Positions 38,057 to 52,600 of a stretch of 64,000 bases of DNA are shown here, piece after piece; the stretch's first letter is position 1; every line of letters begins with the position of its first letter. Below the pieces are notes generated by a model, which made no database searches, was not told the DNA's origin, and was given only the letters and a program-made list of their open reading frames with translations. The DNA comes from Macrostomum lignano. Taxonomy: Eukaryota. The translations under genes and the position numbers were made by a program. The stretch covers positions 1 to 64,000 of the forward strand of contig NIVC01002504.1 in NCBI GenBank assembly GCA_002269645.1, in the 5' to 3' direction.

Positions 38057-40927
38057 CTACTCAGAGCGGCGGATCTCCATCAACTGCATTGGAGCCGAAG
38101 CGTGCGAATCAAGCAGCTGCTGACGGCTGCCGTCACCCCCAGCGACGCTGCTGCTGACAGTGTGGCTGCTGGAAATGCGAAGTCGTCTTTGATGCAAAGC
38201 GGCAGCTCCAGCGTTAGTGGGAGGCTGCGCACTGCCAGCAGCTCTGGGCTCAACCAGCAGCTGGCAGACTTGACGACGGAAGTTGGCGTTGAACGCGTAG
38301 AACACGAAGAAGCTGCAGGCGCTGTCGATGGTCACCAGCAGGTCGTTCACCGGAACCATCCAGTCCGGAAGCAGCTGGTAAATCTCAAACGTGATGAAGA
38401 TGGCGCCAGGCAGCTCAAAGATGGAGAATGAGATCGCCAGCACCAGCACGATGCGGGTGGCCGTGCGCCAACTGCGAGCCTCCGAGTTCGTAGTTCCGTT
38501 GGCGTTCGCGTTGGCATTGACGTTTGCGGCGGTGTCGGCGGTCTCACCAGGCTGGTTGCCCCTGGCAACAGCCAGCTGAGCGGCGGTGACGCCGGAGGCC
38601 AGCAGGATCAGCGGCACGGGCAGGTAAGTCTGAGGCGTCCTCGTCAGCGGCAGCATCACGTCCACCAGGAACCGCTCGCTGCCGTTGGCCACCAGACGCC
38701 ACGCGGCGAAGGTGCCGGGCCCGGCGGCGGCCGCGACCAGCAGCAGGACGCCGAAGCTGCAGAGCTGGAAGCGGCGCGTCAGCCAGCGGCGGAAGCCGAT
38801 GGGCTTGAAGGTGGCCAGACAGCGGAACACGCTGATGCAGGCCGTCCACATGTTCTTCACGGCCACGCTGAACGACACCCAGCAGTAGCTCACCTGAGGG
38901 CAAACAGATTTGTACGCGAGTTTCTTCTGAGACGATTTGAAATTATAGTCTGGAGTCTTTCAGACCATTGACAGAATTTTTTTCCATTTTCTTTCCATCA
39001 TAAAATTTGTAATTCTCTTTCGCGGCGCGTGACATGCAACTGAGTTTCCATTCGAAAGCATGCAGCTGAATTTTAATGTTCCAATTAACCGGCGATTTAA
39101 CAGCCTTAGGGATCGAACTCTAATAAAATAAAGCTTTCATTTCCGATAGAGGCGTTGGAGGTCCCTGAGGGTGCATCCCATCCACTGTAAGCCTACTCTC
39201 CGCAAATCAGGGCTATCTAAAATTTATTAAATCTCGATTACTTCTTTTTTACAGAACGTGATGCTGTCGGCACAAGCAAAAAATGTAAAAAATATTTGTT
39301 AAGTTCTTTGAAGCAAGGCTAACCATGGTTGACATTGTATTGTAACTTTGTATTATATGTAATGTTAGTAGTATTGTGCGTTTTCAAACCGAATGACGCG
39401 TTGGTAAATATTCTTCGTTTGTACGAATTTTTACTGTTTACGAGTAGTTTGTTGAGCAATTTTACCATTGACTCTATTTGCTAACACTAACACAATCTGC
39501 ATAGCTTACACGAGAGCAAGCCATGGATGCTATATACACACTACAGGTCCATGGACTACTAGAGAAGTGTTCCTAGTGGTCCTCGTACAGGTCCCTGCTG
39601 TGCTACGTCCTGGGACTAATAAAAATATCTCTATTAATAATAATAATAATTATTATTATTGATTACAACTACTTTATGAGACAGATGTGCAACCGACAGC
39701 TCAGCCGCAGCTATTGCGCGGCGCATCTGAAGGCTGCGTACGGCTGTTCAGTCCAAGGACTGGGGGGTCGCCACACACACCCTCAATTACCCCAGCTAAT
39801 TCTGGCACCCATTTTACAGCTGGGTGAACTGAAGCAATGCAGAGTTGAGTGTCTTGCTCAGGGACACAGACTGTTCGGAGTGGGTCGAGAATCGAACCCC
39901 TGACCCGACCTTTCAGTCGTGAGTGCGAGGAGGCTGTCCGACGAAAGGAAACCAGCGCACAAAGGCAAGGGGCCGAGTTTTTCTCTACATCGGAATGATA
40001 TCTGCAGTTCAAATTGCAGAAACCCAACGGCATCAAGTACAACTCAAACGAAAGCGCAAAACGGGAATGGGAACTTCTGTTCAAATCCAATTATGAGTAC
40101 CATATGAATAGGTAAATCAGTTTGTCGTAACACTCAAGCGACGTGTTATCCTATTCCCTTTTCACTGTTTTTTGAAGTTTCTTAATCAAGCCTTTTAAAA
40201 CTGTTTTCTATAGACAAGTAGCTGACGTGATGAAATTGTAATGCCTACTTATTTTAGCCAACTTCTCTGTAGTAAACGCATTTGGTAAAGAAAAAGTTGA
40301 TTCCATCGACTGAATTCATATTAGACTAATGACATTGAGTCTTACCATCCAGTCGAATGTCTTAGAAATTGATAATCAACTAAGGAGATGCAATGAGGAG
40401 CGCCCTGGCTGCATATCGCGACTGTGATTCGGATGAGTCATAAAATATTCTTCAATATTCACGCTCAAACAGACCAACAGTGAGCAGGTGAAGTCAAATT
40501 ATTGCAATTTAGATATATGGCATGCACACATCATGCAAGCAGCGATCGATATCAAAAAAGCATTCCAGATCCACTTCAAAGCTATTAATAAAGTGCATGT
40601 ACTTCAGCTCACATCGAACAACGTGTTCGCCAGTGACGCCTCTCGAGTCTGCTCCGACATGAGCAGCGCCAGGTCGAACGGCATGTAGCCGCAGGTGGCC
40701 AGGCAGTAGTTGACGTGGGCCAGCTGCATCAGGATGAGGCCGACGTCGAACACCTCCCGGTTGCGCAGGTACTTGCGGACCAGCAGCGTCAGCGACAGGC
40801 AGCTGAGCAGCAGGCCGGCGGCGGCCGCGGGAATGGTGACGGCCCGCACTGCGATGTACAGCCTGCTGTACCCGGGACCCGTGGCGTTGCTGGCCTCGGG
40901 GCTTGAGCTGATGTTGGCGTCCGGCAT
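38057..40927 (-). CDS. Rhodopsin-like (class A) GPCR, peptide-receptor/srw-like, 383 aa. Exons 40613-40927 and 38057-38893
   Basis: N-terminal N-glycosylation sequons (NIS, NAT) and about 7 hydrophobic segments. TM3 end NMWTACISVFRCLATFKP, TM6 SFSIFELPGAI, TM7 DSACSFFVFY..N..FRR. The intron is phase-0 GT-AG. Confidence 0.85.
39640..39935 (-). mobile_element. tRNA-derived CORE-type SINE in the GPCR intron
   Basis: The minus strand has a B box GGTTCGATTCT, then TGTGTCCCTGAGCAAGACACTCAAC...CAGTTCACCCAGCTGTAAAATGGG resembling the MIR/CORE domain, and ends in an (AAT)n/(ATT)n tail. Confidence 0.7.
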
Positions 40928-41964
40928 CTTTCGTAAGACAATTTGCTTTAACTAGCTCTGAACGAGCGTAGCGTGACTTGCTGGGAGATTTGACGATTCA
41001 ACAGGCTTTCTTATCGTGTAGATGGGATGCTTGGAATGGGATGCTCTTGTCTTTTATCCCTCTGTCTGACTAAGTCTCTCTCATGTCACATGATTGGCCA
41101 GTTTCCAGTTTCAGCATACAAACAGCATAAGAAAGCAGGAAAACCAGACTATCAAAAACCAGACAAAAGGTTAAATTATCAAGCAAAACACTAACGTAGT
41201 GCATACTCCAGCATACACAGTGCTTTGTCGGAATTTGAAATTAAAAAGGAACATTGTTATAGACACCAAAGCAGAGTGGAGGAGAAGTAAAGGAGACGTC
41301 AAACTTTCTTTTTCTAATTAATTTGCTCATGAGAATTAAGCGAGTTATCTGCGCTCTTGAAAAAGTAAGAGCCTGCTGAAACGGCTCGTAGTCGTGTATG
41401 GTCATTTAATTAATGCGCGAGAAATAGTTGTTTTTTCTTGCTTAAATGTCTATGGCCACACTGCGCGCACGAGTGTCTATTGCCATTGTTCCACGAGGTT
41501 ACCTCGTCAGTCCTCGTGAAGTCTATGACTGGTAAAGTCTTATAAACCAGTAAAGCGAGTTTTGTGTCCCTCCTATCTATGGTAATATATCGCAGAGGTC
41601 CCTGGTTTAACGCCCGCAGCATCCTCAAACTCAATCCCTTCTCTTTTAAATCTCGCACGACACTCAAATTAACCAATTATTGCTCACGTCTTCTCTTTGT
41701 GGTATAATCCTGTGAAAAATCCAGAAAGTCCAGCCGCGGAACCCGGCTATAATTCAAGCAAATGCTTTTTGTGCCCTTTACTTGTGACTTCTAAGATTTA
41801 AATTCTGCTTTGAGCTGTTTTATACGCGCAATTCCCATTTAAACCAAAGTAAAAGCAGACTTAAACAGACAGACAGACCTTCACTGTGATTGAATTTTGC
41901 CCTCTAGATACTACAGCATTTAGATCTGCGTTTGAGTTCTAAAGCAAAATAGGCACTTTAGGTT

Positions 41965-42575
41965 GCAACTGTAGGTTTTTGATGGTACAGTTTAGGTTGC
42001 AACTGTAGCTTTTTGATGGTACAGTTTAGGTTGCAACTGTAGCTTTTTGATGGTACAGTTTAGGTTGCAACTGTAGCTTTTTGATGGTACAGTTTAGGTT
42101 GCAACTGTAGCTTTTTGATGGTACAGTTTAGGTTGCAACTGTAGCTTTTTGATGGTACAGTTTAGGTTGCAACTGTAGCTTTTTGATGGTACAGTTTAGG
42201 TTGCAACTGTAGCTTTTTGATGGTACAGTTTAGGTTGCAAGTGTAGGTTTTTGATGGTACAGTTTAGGTTGCAAGTGTAGGTTTTTTTATGGTACAGTTT
42301 AGGTTGCAAGTGTAGGTTTTTTTGGTACAGTTTAGGTTGCAAGTGGTAGGTTTTTATGGTACAGTTTAGGTTGCAACTGTAGGTTTTTTATGGTACAGTT
42401 TAGGTTGCAAGTGTAGGTTTTGATGGTACAGTTTAGGTTGCAAGTGGTAGGTTTTGATGGTACAGTTTAGGTTGCAAGTGGTAGGTTTTGATGGTACAGT
42501 TTAGGTTGCAAGTGTAGGTTTTTGATGGTACAGTTTAGGTTGCAAGTGTAGGTTTGGCTGGTACAGTTTAGGTTA
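41965..42575. repeat. 34-bp minisatellite
   Basis: Tandem TTTAGGTTGCAACTGTAGCTTTTTGATGGTACAG. Confidence 0.96.
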
Positions 42576-43429
42576 CAGCGGTAGGCTTTCGCCTTGTTTG
42601 ATCAGTATCTCGATAAATTAGTTTTAAAGGGAAACTTAGTCTTTTTACCTTATAGGAGTCTGGACACTGTCTAACTGCCAGATGACTTGCGAACTAATAG
42701 GAAAATAGTAATAGGAAAAAGTATCCGGGATTCATAATTACCATACTTTTTATGCTTGTAATTTTGGTTTTAATTTATTTTAATATTTACCTCTGGCAGC
42801 CCGTCTCTAAAATATATCAAGCGCACCCTTATAGCATAGCTCTAAGACAATACAGTTGTTTTGTCAATTTATCAACAACATCACCTCTTTCGTTTGAGAG
42901 TGTTAAGATATCATGAAGTCTTTATTTTCATCATTAATCCCATCTAAAGATAGCCCCCTTGGTGGAGCATAATCGGTGGGGGATTTTCTTTACCTTTTCA
43001 GGTCTAAACAACAAATTTTTAGCGTTAGTTCTGATCCGTTCTGATCCTCTCAGCCTCCACGTGGGCGGATGGACTGTCAGCTGCTGGGATAGGAAGGATT
43101 CTATAATGAGTATTAAATTCCCATTATTCATGAGTTGACGTTTCGCCTTTCGTGATATGTGTGACGATCAAGGCTTAATAATTCAGAGGCCCTCTGGACA
43201 AATGCAAGCTATTGCTAATAAATTATTTTGTTTTAATCAGAGTTCCAGTTTAGTCCAGTTTATTAGCCAGACTATACTACTTGACAACATTAAAGCTCCT
43301 GGGGCACACCTGAATCAAATAGATTAAAATTTTCTGCAAATAATTTTTCGACACCCTACAGAGTGAAGCCAGGCAGTTGGCAGCCACAACATAGCTGGGG
43401 GCGACAGGTACAGAAGTGACAAATGGTTG

Positions 43430-44390
43430 AGAATCGATCTGTGAAGGGGTGATAATCGATCTGTGAAGGGGTGAGAATCGAGCTGTGAAGGGGTGAGAAT
43501 CGAGCTGTGAAGGGGTGAGAATCGAGCTGTGAAGGGGTGAGAATCGATCTGTGAAGGGGTGAGAATCGAGCTGTGAAGGGGTGAGAATCGAGCTGTGAAG
43601 GGGTGAGAATCGAGCTGTGAAGGGGTGAGAATCGATCTGTGAAGGGGTGAGAATCTATCTGTGAAGGGGTGAGAATCGAGCTGTGAAGGGGTGAGAATCG
43701 AGCTGTGAAGGGGTGAGAATCGAGCTGTGAAGGGGTGAGAATCGATCTGTGAAGGGGTGAGAATCGAGCTGTGAAGGGGTGAGAATCGAGCTGTGAAGGG
43801 GTGAGAATCGAGCTGTGAAGGGGTGAGAATCGATCTGTGAAGGGGTGAGAATCTATCTGTGAAGGGGTGAGAATCGAGCTGTGAAGGGGTGAGAATCGAG
43901 CTGTGAAGGGGTGAGAATCGATCTGTGAAGGGGTGAGAATCGAGCTGTGAAGGGGTGAGAATCGAGCTGTGAAGGGGTGAGAATCGATCTGTGAAGGGGT
44001 GAGAATCTATCTGTGAAGGGGTGAGAATCGAGCTGTGAAGGGGTGAGAATCGAGCTGTGAAGGGGTGAGAATCGATCTGTGAAGGGGTGAGAATCGAGCT
44101 GTGAAGGGGTGAGAATCGAGCTGTGAAGGGGTGAGAATCGATCTGTGAAGGGGTGAGAATCGAGCTGTGAAGGGGTGAGAATCGAGCTGTGAAGGGGTGA
44201 GAATCGAGCTGTGAAGGGGTGAGAATCGAGCTGTGAAGGGGTGAGAATCGAGCTGTGAAGGGGTGAGAATCGAGCTGTGAAGGGGTGAGAATCGAGCTGT
44301 GAAGGGGTGAGAATCGAGCTGTGAAGGGGTGATAATCGATCTGTGAAGGGGTGAGAATCGAGCTGTGAAGGGGAGAGAATCGATGTGTGA
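43430..44390. repeat. 22-bp minisatellite
   Basis: Tandem GTGAAGGGGTGAGAATCGAGCT. Confidence 0.97.
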
Positions 44391-45849
44391 AAATAATAAT
44401 AATGAATCCGTTCCGAATCTAATGAGAGCCGTTAGTCATACCGTAATGCATTACTTAAAGTAATATTATAATAAATTTATTTTTAGAATGAGTCATGATG
44501 AGTCATATCTATTTTTAGAAATATCTATTTTTAGAATGAGTCATGTGCAAACAGAAGTGACTCAGAGCCCTACGTAGGTCCAACCGGTTTTCGGGAGTTT
44601 TATTTGCTTAATTCCATATATGGTAATGATGAAAAATTCATGACCTCTTAATCAAATATACGCGACCTAAGTAAATAACCGACTTTAAACCAGTTTTTCA
44701 CCAAAATTTTACTATAAATATAAGCGAAAATCCGAGTCAAAAAGTCTCAAGGAAGACTTTGTAATACGTTAACCAAAAAGACTCATCTCTGAGAGAATAA
44801 ATCCGGACCGATTGGTAAGCGTTACCCGATTTAGTTCTTTGCTATAGCACTAATAAGTTGATTAATTGAGTTTACGAGAGCCACTTATTGTCGACACATT
44901 TGAGAAAGGCCTCCTTGTTTCCTAGGACACATTCCTAGAGGATTTATTGAGTTGATTTAAGTTTTCCGTTACGTTTCGGACGTAACGAAGAAGACGCCCT
45001 TCAGGAGGATTTTGTATATACCTGGGCACTTGTTCCCCAGTGTCTAGAAGTGGGAGTTACTGAGTGACTGATCACTACTCAATAAACTCTTCAAATAACA
45101 TTACTCTAAACATAACAAAGGTGTAGAAAATACAGTTTGAATTCCAGCATATTAGAATTGCAAAACCAAGTCACCTTAAGGCTCCCTGTGCAGTACAAAT
45201 AATTTATTCGCAAAGTTGGTTAGGATTATAAGTGGAACACGAAATATTATATGAAAACGCAAACAGCTCTACTTGTACGAATTCAAGTAGCGCAGTTTGA
45301 ATGTTTGATTAATTAATAACAATGATAATTCGCATTACTGATCGAATACAGGCGGCAGCTAATGATAATGGAGAAAAGTACACAGAAGTAGGAAGGTTAC
45401 AGAGCATGATGATGATGACGTCATAGTTATTAGTATTTCCTAGAATCAACCAATTAGGTTCGTACAACAAACTGATTGATTGCAGGTTAAGCATATGCAT
45501 AAACATAAATAGGTAAACGCAAGGCTATTACAAAGTTAATTATTAATAAGATTTTGCTGCCAAAGAGAATAACAAACTTAATAGCAGTATGTATACGCTC
45601 AAGCATTACTTATAGTACTATGGCTAACAATTTAGGCAGATGACTAAGTCTTCATACAAGATGACTATAACTGATCCGATGCAGGTGTTAAACTGGCATT
45701 AGAAAGGTCAATAATATTAAACACAAAACAAATTGCTCATAGCCGTCAAGATGAGTAATTGTCTATCAATAGCTTTTCAGCTCCAGATGACTAATTGTTC
45801 CAACCGAAATGAATAATAGGACAAACTGGGGTAACTAATTGATCACTCT

Positions 45850-46622
45850 TAAATGACCAATTGGTCACACACATAACAGATGACTAATTGGTCACACACA
45901 TAACAGATGACTAATTGGTCACACACATAACAGATGACTAATTGGTCACACACATAACAGATGACTAATTGGTCACACACATAACAGATGACTAATTGGT
46001 CACACACATAACAGATGACTAATTGGTCACACACATAACAGATGACTAATTGGTCACACACATAACAGATGACTAATTGGTCACACACATAACAGATGAC
46101 TAATTGGTCACACACATAACAGATGACCAATTGGTCACACACACAACAGATGACCAATTGGTCACACACATAACAGATGACCAATTGGTCACACACATAA
46201 CAGATGACTAATTGGTCACACACATAACAGATGACCAATTGGTCACACACATAACAGATGACCAATTGGTCACACACATAACAGATGACTAATTGGTCAC
46301 ACACATAACAGATGACTAATTGGTCACACACATAACAGATGACTAATTGGTCACACACATAACATATGACTAATTGGTCACACTCAGATGACTAATTGGT
46401 CACACTCAGATGACAAATTGGTCACACTCAGATGACTAATTGGTCACACTCAGATGACTAATTGGTCACACTCAGATGACAAATTGGTCACACTCAGATG
46501 ACAAATTGGTCACACTCAGATGACTAATTGGTCACACTCAGATGACTAATTGGTCACACTCAGATGACAAATTGGTCACACTCAGATGACAAATTGTTCA
46601 CACTCAGATGACTAATTGGTCA
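45850..46622. repeat. 27-bp minisatellite switching to a 22-bp derivative, just 3' of the RFX stop
   Basis: CACACATAACAGATGACTAATTGGTCA, then CACACTCAGATGACTAATTGGT from about 46375. Confidence 0.96.
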
Positions 46623-46669
46623 CAGTTAGGGCTGTCAACAGTCCTGGGCTATCAGTTCGATCCCTGAAT

Positions 46670-49600
46670 TCATAGAAGCTTCGGCCTCTTCGCCGAGTCG
46701 GCCGAGCCAAGCATCGGCGCGGAGCTGCTACCACCGCTCGGCGGGATGGCGATCCGACCGGTGGGCGTCGAGAAAGTCGACGATGACGACGACGAAGGCG
46801 CCGGGGCACTGGCGGGCGCGGGTCCGGGCTGCAGCGACACGGTGATGCGAGGCTGCGTGCTGGCTGCTCCGACAATCGTGGACGACACCGACGACAGAGG
46901 CGCCGCAGAGGACGAAGCGACTGAAGGGGCAGCAGAGGCCACTCCGGCGGACGCGGCCGAGCTGCTGACTGCAACGCCGGCAGTTTTAATGCGAATCGCT
47001 GGCGGCTCTTCAGCGGCTTCGGCGGCCGCGGCGGCAGCGGCAGCAGCTGCGACAGGGTCAGAAGAAGTTGACGTCGTACTGCCGGCAGCGGCGGCCTCGA
47101 ATCCGCGAGTGTCCGGCAGCTCGGCCGGGTCCAATCGAAATTCGGCCATGACGGCCAGGGGACTCAGGGCCAGGTAGTCGGCCACCCGGTGCTCAACCAG
47201 GTAGAACAGGTATTCATCGTGCAGCAGGCGGAGCAGGTGGAAGCTGCCGAAGCTGGCCGCCGAGCGCAGCGTCAGGTCCCGGATGACTAGGGAGGCGTAC
47301 AGGCTCCACTTGAGCAGCAGGTGCCTGGCCGCCCGGGCCAGCAGCTCCGTGTCTTCGTGAGGCGCCAGCGCGGAGGTCACGGCGGACTCGAGCCAGTCGG
47401 CCCACTGCTCCAGCGAGCTGCCGTCGCGAAGCAGGCGCTTGAAGTCCGTCTGCAGCTGGTCGACAGCGGCGCCGCTGCACCCGCTGACCCAGCCGGCCTG
47501 CTCGTGCACCGTGGTCAGGTCCACCCGGCTCAGGTCAGTCAGCATCTGGGACACCTGCAGGCAGAGTGCAGTGGGAGAACAGGCTGGTTGCTATTGGGTA
47601 ATCTCGCAAACGATAACGGATAATCCTCCCCCGATAAGAATAATCCTCCATCCGATAGGGATAATCCTCCAACCGATAGGGATAATCCTCTATCCGTTAG
47701 GAATAATCCTCCACCAGATAGGGATAATCCTCCATCCGTTAGGGATAATCCTTCACCCGATAGGGATAATCTTCCATCCGATAGGGATAATCCTTCACCC
47801 GATAGGGATAATCTCCCATCCGATAGGGATAATTCTTCACCCGATAGGGATAATCTTCCATCCGATAGGGATAATCCTTCACCCGATAGGGATAATCTTC
47901 CATCCGATAGGGAGAATCCTCTATCCGATAAGGATAATCTTCCATCCGATAGGGATAATCCTTCATCCGATAGGGATAATCTTCCATTCGATAGGGATAA
48001 TCCTTCACCCGATAGGGATAATCTTCCATCCGATAGGGATAATCTTCCATCCGATAGGGATAATCCTTCACCCGATAGGGATAATCTTCCATCCGATAGG
48101 GATAATCTTCCATCCGATAGGGATAATCCTTCACCCGATAGGGATAATCTTCCATCCGATAGGGATAATCCTTCACCCGATAGGGATAATCTTCCATCCG
48201 ATAGGGAGAATCCTCTATCCGATAGGGATAATCTTCCATCCGATAGGGATAATCCTTCACCCGATAGGGATAATCTTCCATCCGATAGGGATAATCCTTC
48301 ACCCGATAGGGATAATCTTCCATCCGATAGGGATAATCCTTCACCCGATAGGGATAATCATCTATCCGATAGGGATAATCTTCCATCCGATAGGGATAAT
48401 CTTCCATCCGATAGGGATAATCCTTCACCCGATAGGGATAATCTTCCATCCGATAGGGATAATCTTCCATCCGATAGGGATAATCCTTCACCCGATAGGG
48501 ATAATCTTCCATCCGATAGGGAGAATCCTCTATCCGATAGGGATAATCTTCCATCCGATAGGGATAATCCTTCACCCGATAGGGATAATCTTCCATCCGA
48601 TAGGGATAATCCTTCACCCGATAGGGATAATCATCTATCCGATAGGGATAATCCTCTATCCGATAGGGATAATCCTCCATCCGATAGGGATAATCCTTCA
48701 CCCGATAGGGATAATCTTCCATCCGATAGGGATAATCCTCTACCCGTTAGGAATAATCCTCTACCCGTTAGGAATAATCCTCCACCCGATAGGGATAATG
48801 TTTCAATAACAAGATAGACAAAGGCATCAATACTTGCAACACACCTGAGCGGCATTGCCCAGCACAGCCCTGGCAGCCTGGGCCAAATGATTCAAGCTGG
48901 TGTACCGTCGCAAAGTCTGGGCCAGAGCGGCCAGAGCCCGGAGGCGGAGCTCGGCCATGGGCCGACACACCTGGGTCATGGCGGCCCGCATCCAGGGCTC
49001 CAGCTGTTTGGCAAAATTTCTGATCGCCTGAGTCAGCGAGCTGGGAATAGGCCTGAGCACGTTGGGGATGAGCACCTCTACTAGGCTCTGGTAGAAGGCG
49101 TAGTCAGACTCGCGCACAAAGTCCTGAACGCTCGGCAGCTCGCACAGGCTTAGTAGCTTTGATTTGGGCAGCTTGGACTCAGCGGAACTGCGGAACCGGT
49201 TAGCGGATAGATCACGTATAGATACAGTGGGTAGATCACGGATAGTCGGGATAGATACAGTGGATAGATCACGGAGAGATACAGTGGATATATCACGGAG
49301 AGATACAGTGGGTAGATCACGGATAGATATAGAAGGCAGATCACGGATAGATACAGTGGATAGATCACGGATAGATGTAGTGGGTAGATCTCGTATTCAC
49401 GTATAGATACAGTGGGTAGATGACGTATAGATACAGTGGGTAGATGACGTATAGATACAGTGGGTAGATGACGTATAGATACAGCGGGTAGATGACGTAT
49501 AGAGATAGTGGATAGATCACGGATAGATATAGTGGGTAGATCACGGATAGAGATAGTGGATAGATCACGGATAGATATAGTGGATAGATCACGGATAGAT

Positions 49601-52600
49601 ATAGTGGATAGATCACGGATAGATATAGTGGATAGATCACGGATAGATATAGTGGATAGATCACGGATAGATATAGTGGGTAGATCACGGATAGATATGG
49701 TGATAGATCACGGATAGATATAGTGGGTAGATCACGGATAAATATGGTGGATAGATCACGGATAGATATAGTGGGTAGATCACGGATAGATATGGTGGAT
49801 AGATCACGGATAGATATAGTGGGTAGATCACGGATAGATATGGTGGATAGATCACGGATAGATATAGTGGGTAGATCACGGATAGATATGGTGGATAGAT
49901 CACGGATAGATATAGTGGGTAGATCACGGATAGATATGGTGATAGATCACGGATAGATATAGTGGGTAGATGACGTATAGAGATAGTGGATAGATCACGG
50001 ATAGATATAGTGGGTAGATCACGGATAGATATAGTGGGTAGATCACGGATAGAATATTTGAAAGATCATTTGAGTAGATCATACATTAAGTAGATACATT
50101 CATTGCATAGCCTTCCATACACGCAGAAGCCACTCTTGACATACTACTACTAACTTAGTTAAAAGCATCAACGAACCTATTCTCAGCCTTCCTCCAGAAC
50201 TCCATCCAGACTGTTTCAACTTGTTGAAACTGCAGGTTGACCACCGAGTCAAGCACGCTCTCGCACTGCTCCGTGTACAGATCTTGGAAGGCTTCTAGAT
50301 CCTCGGCTGTAACGCCTGATGGCAGGCTGTCACCGTCGACTACCAGGATGTCGTTGAACACCGGCAGAGCAGAGCTGGCGTCGCCAAGGAACTGGGTGTG
50401 CTGCGACGCCTCTGGGTCAACGGATGCCGCCGAGGTCGCCCCTGCCGACGATTCAGCGGAAGCAGCAGAGTGGGCGGCGGCGGGACCTCTGGCTGCCGAG
50501 GCAGACTGCACAGCCATGGAAGTTGCTGAGCCGCCGCCAGAGAATCCGGACTGATCTTGGCGCATAAGTCTGAAAAATTACAATTTGCACATTTCTATTT
50601 AATCACACTACTTATAGTAGAAAAATAAGGCTTCTTAAGAATAAAACACGACGACGCACTTTTCTCGCTGGGCCAACCGGAGCTGGCGGAATACGCTGCT
50701 TTCTTCCGAGCCCGACTGGCTCAGGGTTGACCCCGGCTTAATCCGAATGCCGTAGTAGTGATACTTGGAGTTTCCCCTGCGGGTGGTGCGGCATTGGGAT
50801 GTTAGACCCGAGCCTGAGCACACCGGATCCCAATCATGAGCAGAGCACACCTAATCCCAATCATGAGCACACCGAATCCCAATCATGAGCACACCTAAAC
50901 CCAATCATGAGCACACCTAATCCCAACCATGAGCACACCGGATCCCAATCATGAGCACACCTAATCCCAATCATGAGCACAGCACACCGAATCCCAATCA
51001 TGAGCACACCTAATCCCAATCATGAGCACACCTAATCCCAACCATGAGCACACCGAATCCCAATCATGAGCACACCTAATCCCAATCATGAGCACACCGA
51101 ATCCCAATCATGAGCACACCTAATCCCAATCATGAGCACACCTAATCCCAACCATGAGCACACCGAATCCCAATCATGAGCACACCTAATCCCAATCATG
51201 AGCACACCGAATCCCAATCATGAGCACACCTAAACCCAATCATGAGCACACCTAATCCCAACCATGAGCACACCGGATCCCAATCATGAGCACACCGGAT
51301 CCCAATCATGAGCACACCTAATCTCAATCATGAGCACACCTAATCCCAACCATGAGCACACCGGATCCCAATCATGAGCACACCTAATCCCAATCATGAG
51401 CACACCTAAACCCAATCATGAGCACACCTAAACCCAATCATGAGCACACCTAATCCCAACCATGAGCACACCGGATCCCAATCATGAGCACAGCACACCG
51501 GATCCCAATCATGAGCACAGCACACCGGATCCCAATCATGAGCACACCGGATCCCAATCATGAGCACACCTAATCCCAATCATGAGCACACCTAATCCCA
51601 ACCATGAGCACACCGGATCCCAACCCCTAAGCAGCTGAAGCCACAGGGCCGCTCACCTGGTCCCCAACCGTCGAGTCTTCAAACCGTAGAACACGGATCT
51701 GATGAGTTTGCCAAAGCTGGCGGGATTCATGGGATCGGATTTGTGCTCCTGGCAGTGGCGCAGGTAGTGATTGTACAGAGTGCACCTGGGCAGAGATACG
51801 CCTTCGGCTGCTTCGTAATTATCCAGCAGCCATTGCACCTGAAAGCCGACCCAAAGTCCTTCTTAGAAGTAACAGTAAAAACAAGTACGATGAAAAGGTC
51901 TCATGCGGCTAAAATATTACTGTCTAAAATAATACAAATTTTGCTTCGATTAAATCTACACTGACAACACGGTGGAAGCATTGGAACACACTGACAACAC
52001 AGTGGAAGCATTGGAACACACTGACAACACAGTGGAAGCATTGCAACACACTGACAACACGGTGGAAGCATTGGAACACACTGACAACACAGTGGAAGCA
52101 TTGGAACACACTGACAACACAGTGGAAGCATTGCAACACACTGACAACACAGTGGAAGCATTGCAACACACTGACAACACAGTGGAAGCATTGCAACACA
52201 CTGACAACACAGTGGAAGCATTGCAACACACTGACAACACAGTGGAAGCATTGCAACACACTGACAACACGGTGGAAGCATTGCAACACACTGACAACAC
52301 AGTGGAAGCATTGCAACACAGTGGAAGCATTGCAACACACTGACAACACAGTGGAAGCATTGCAACACAGTGGAAGCATTGCAACACAGTGGAAGCATTG
52401 CAACACACTGACAACACAGTGGAAGCATTGCAACACACTGACAACACAGTGGAAGCATTGCAACACACTGATAACACGGTGGAAGCATTGCAACACACTG
52501 ACAACACAGTGGAAGCATTGCAACACACTGACAACACAGTGGAAGCATTGCAACACACTGACAACACAGTGGAAGCATTGCAACACACTGACAACACGGT

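Noticed and set aside
38555-38569. Perfect X-box-like palindrome GTTGCC-CCT-GGCAAC
   Set aside because: It lies inside the GPCR coding exon, far from any inferred promoter, and is probably chance.
41410-41676. 88-aa minus-strand ORF upstream of the GPCR
   Set aside because: No recognisable motif or splice context.
47439-50050. HPIGIIF, DYPYRME and DRSRIDIV repeat proteins
   Set aside because: These come from intronic 21-bp and 24-bp arrays in RFX.
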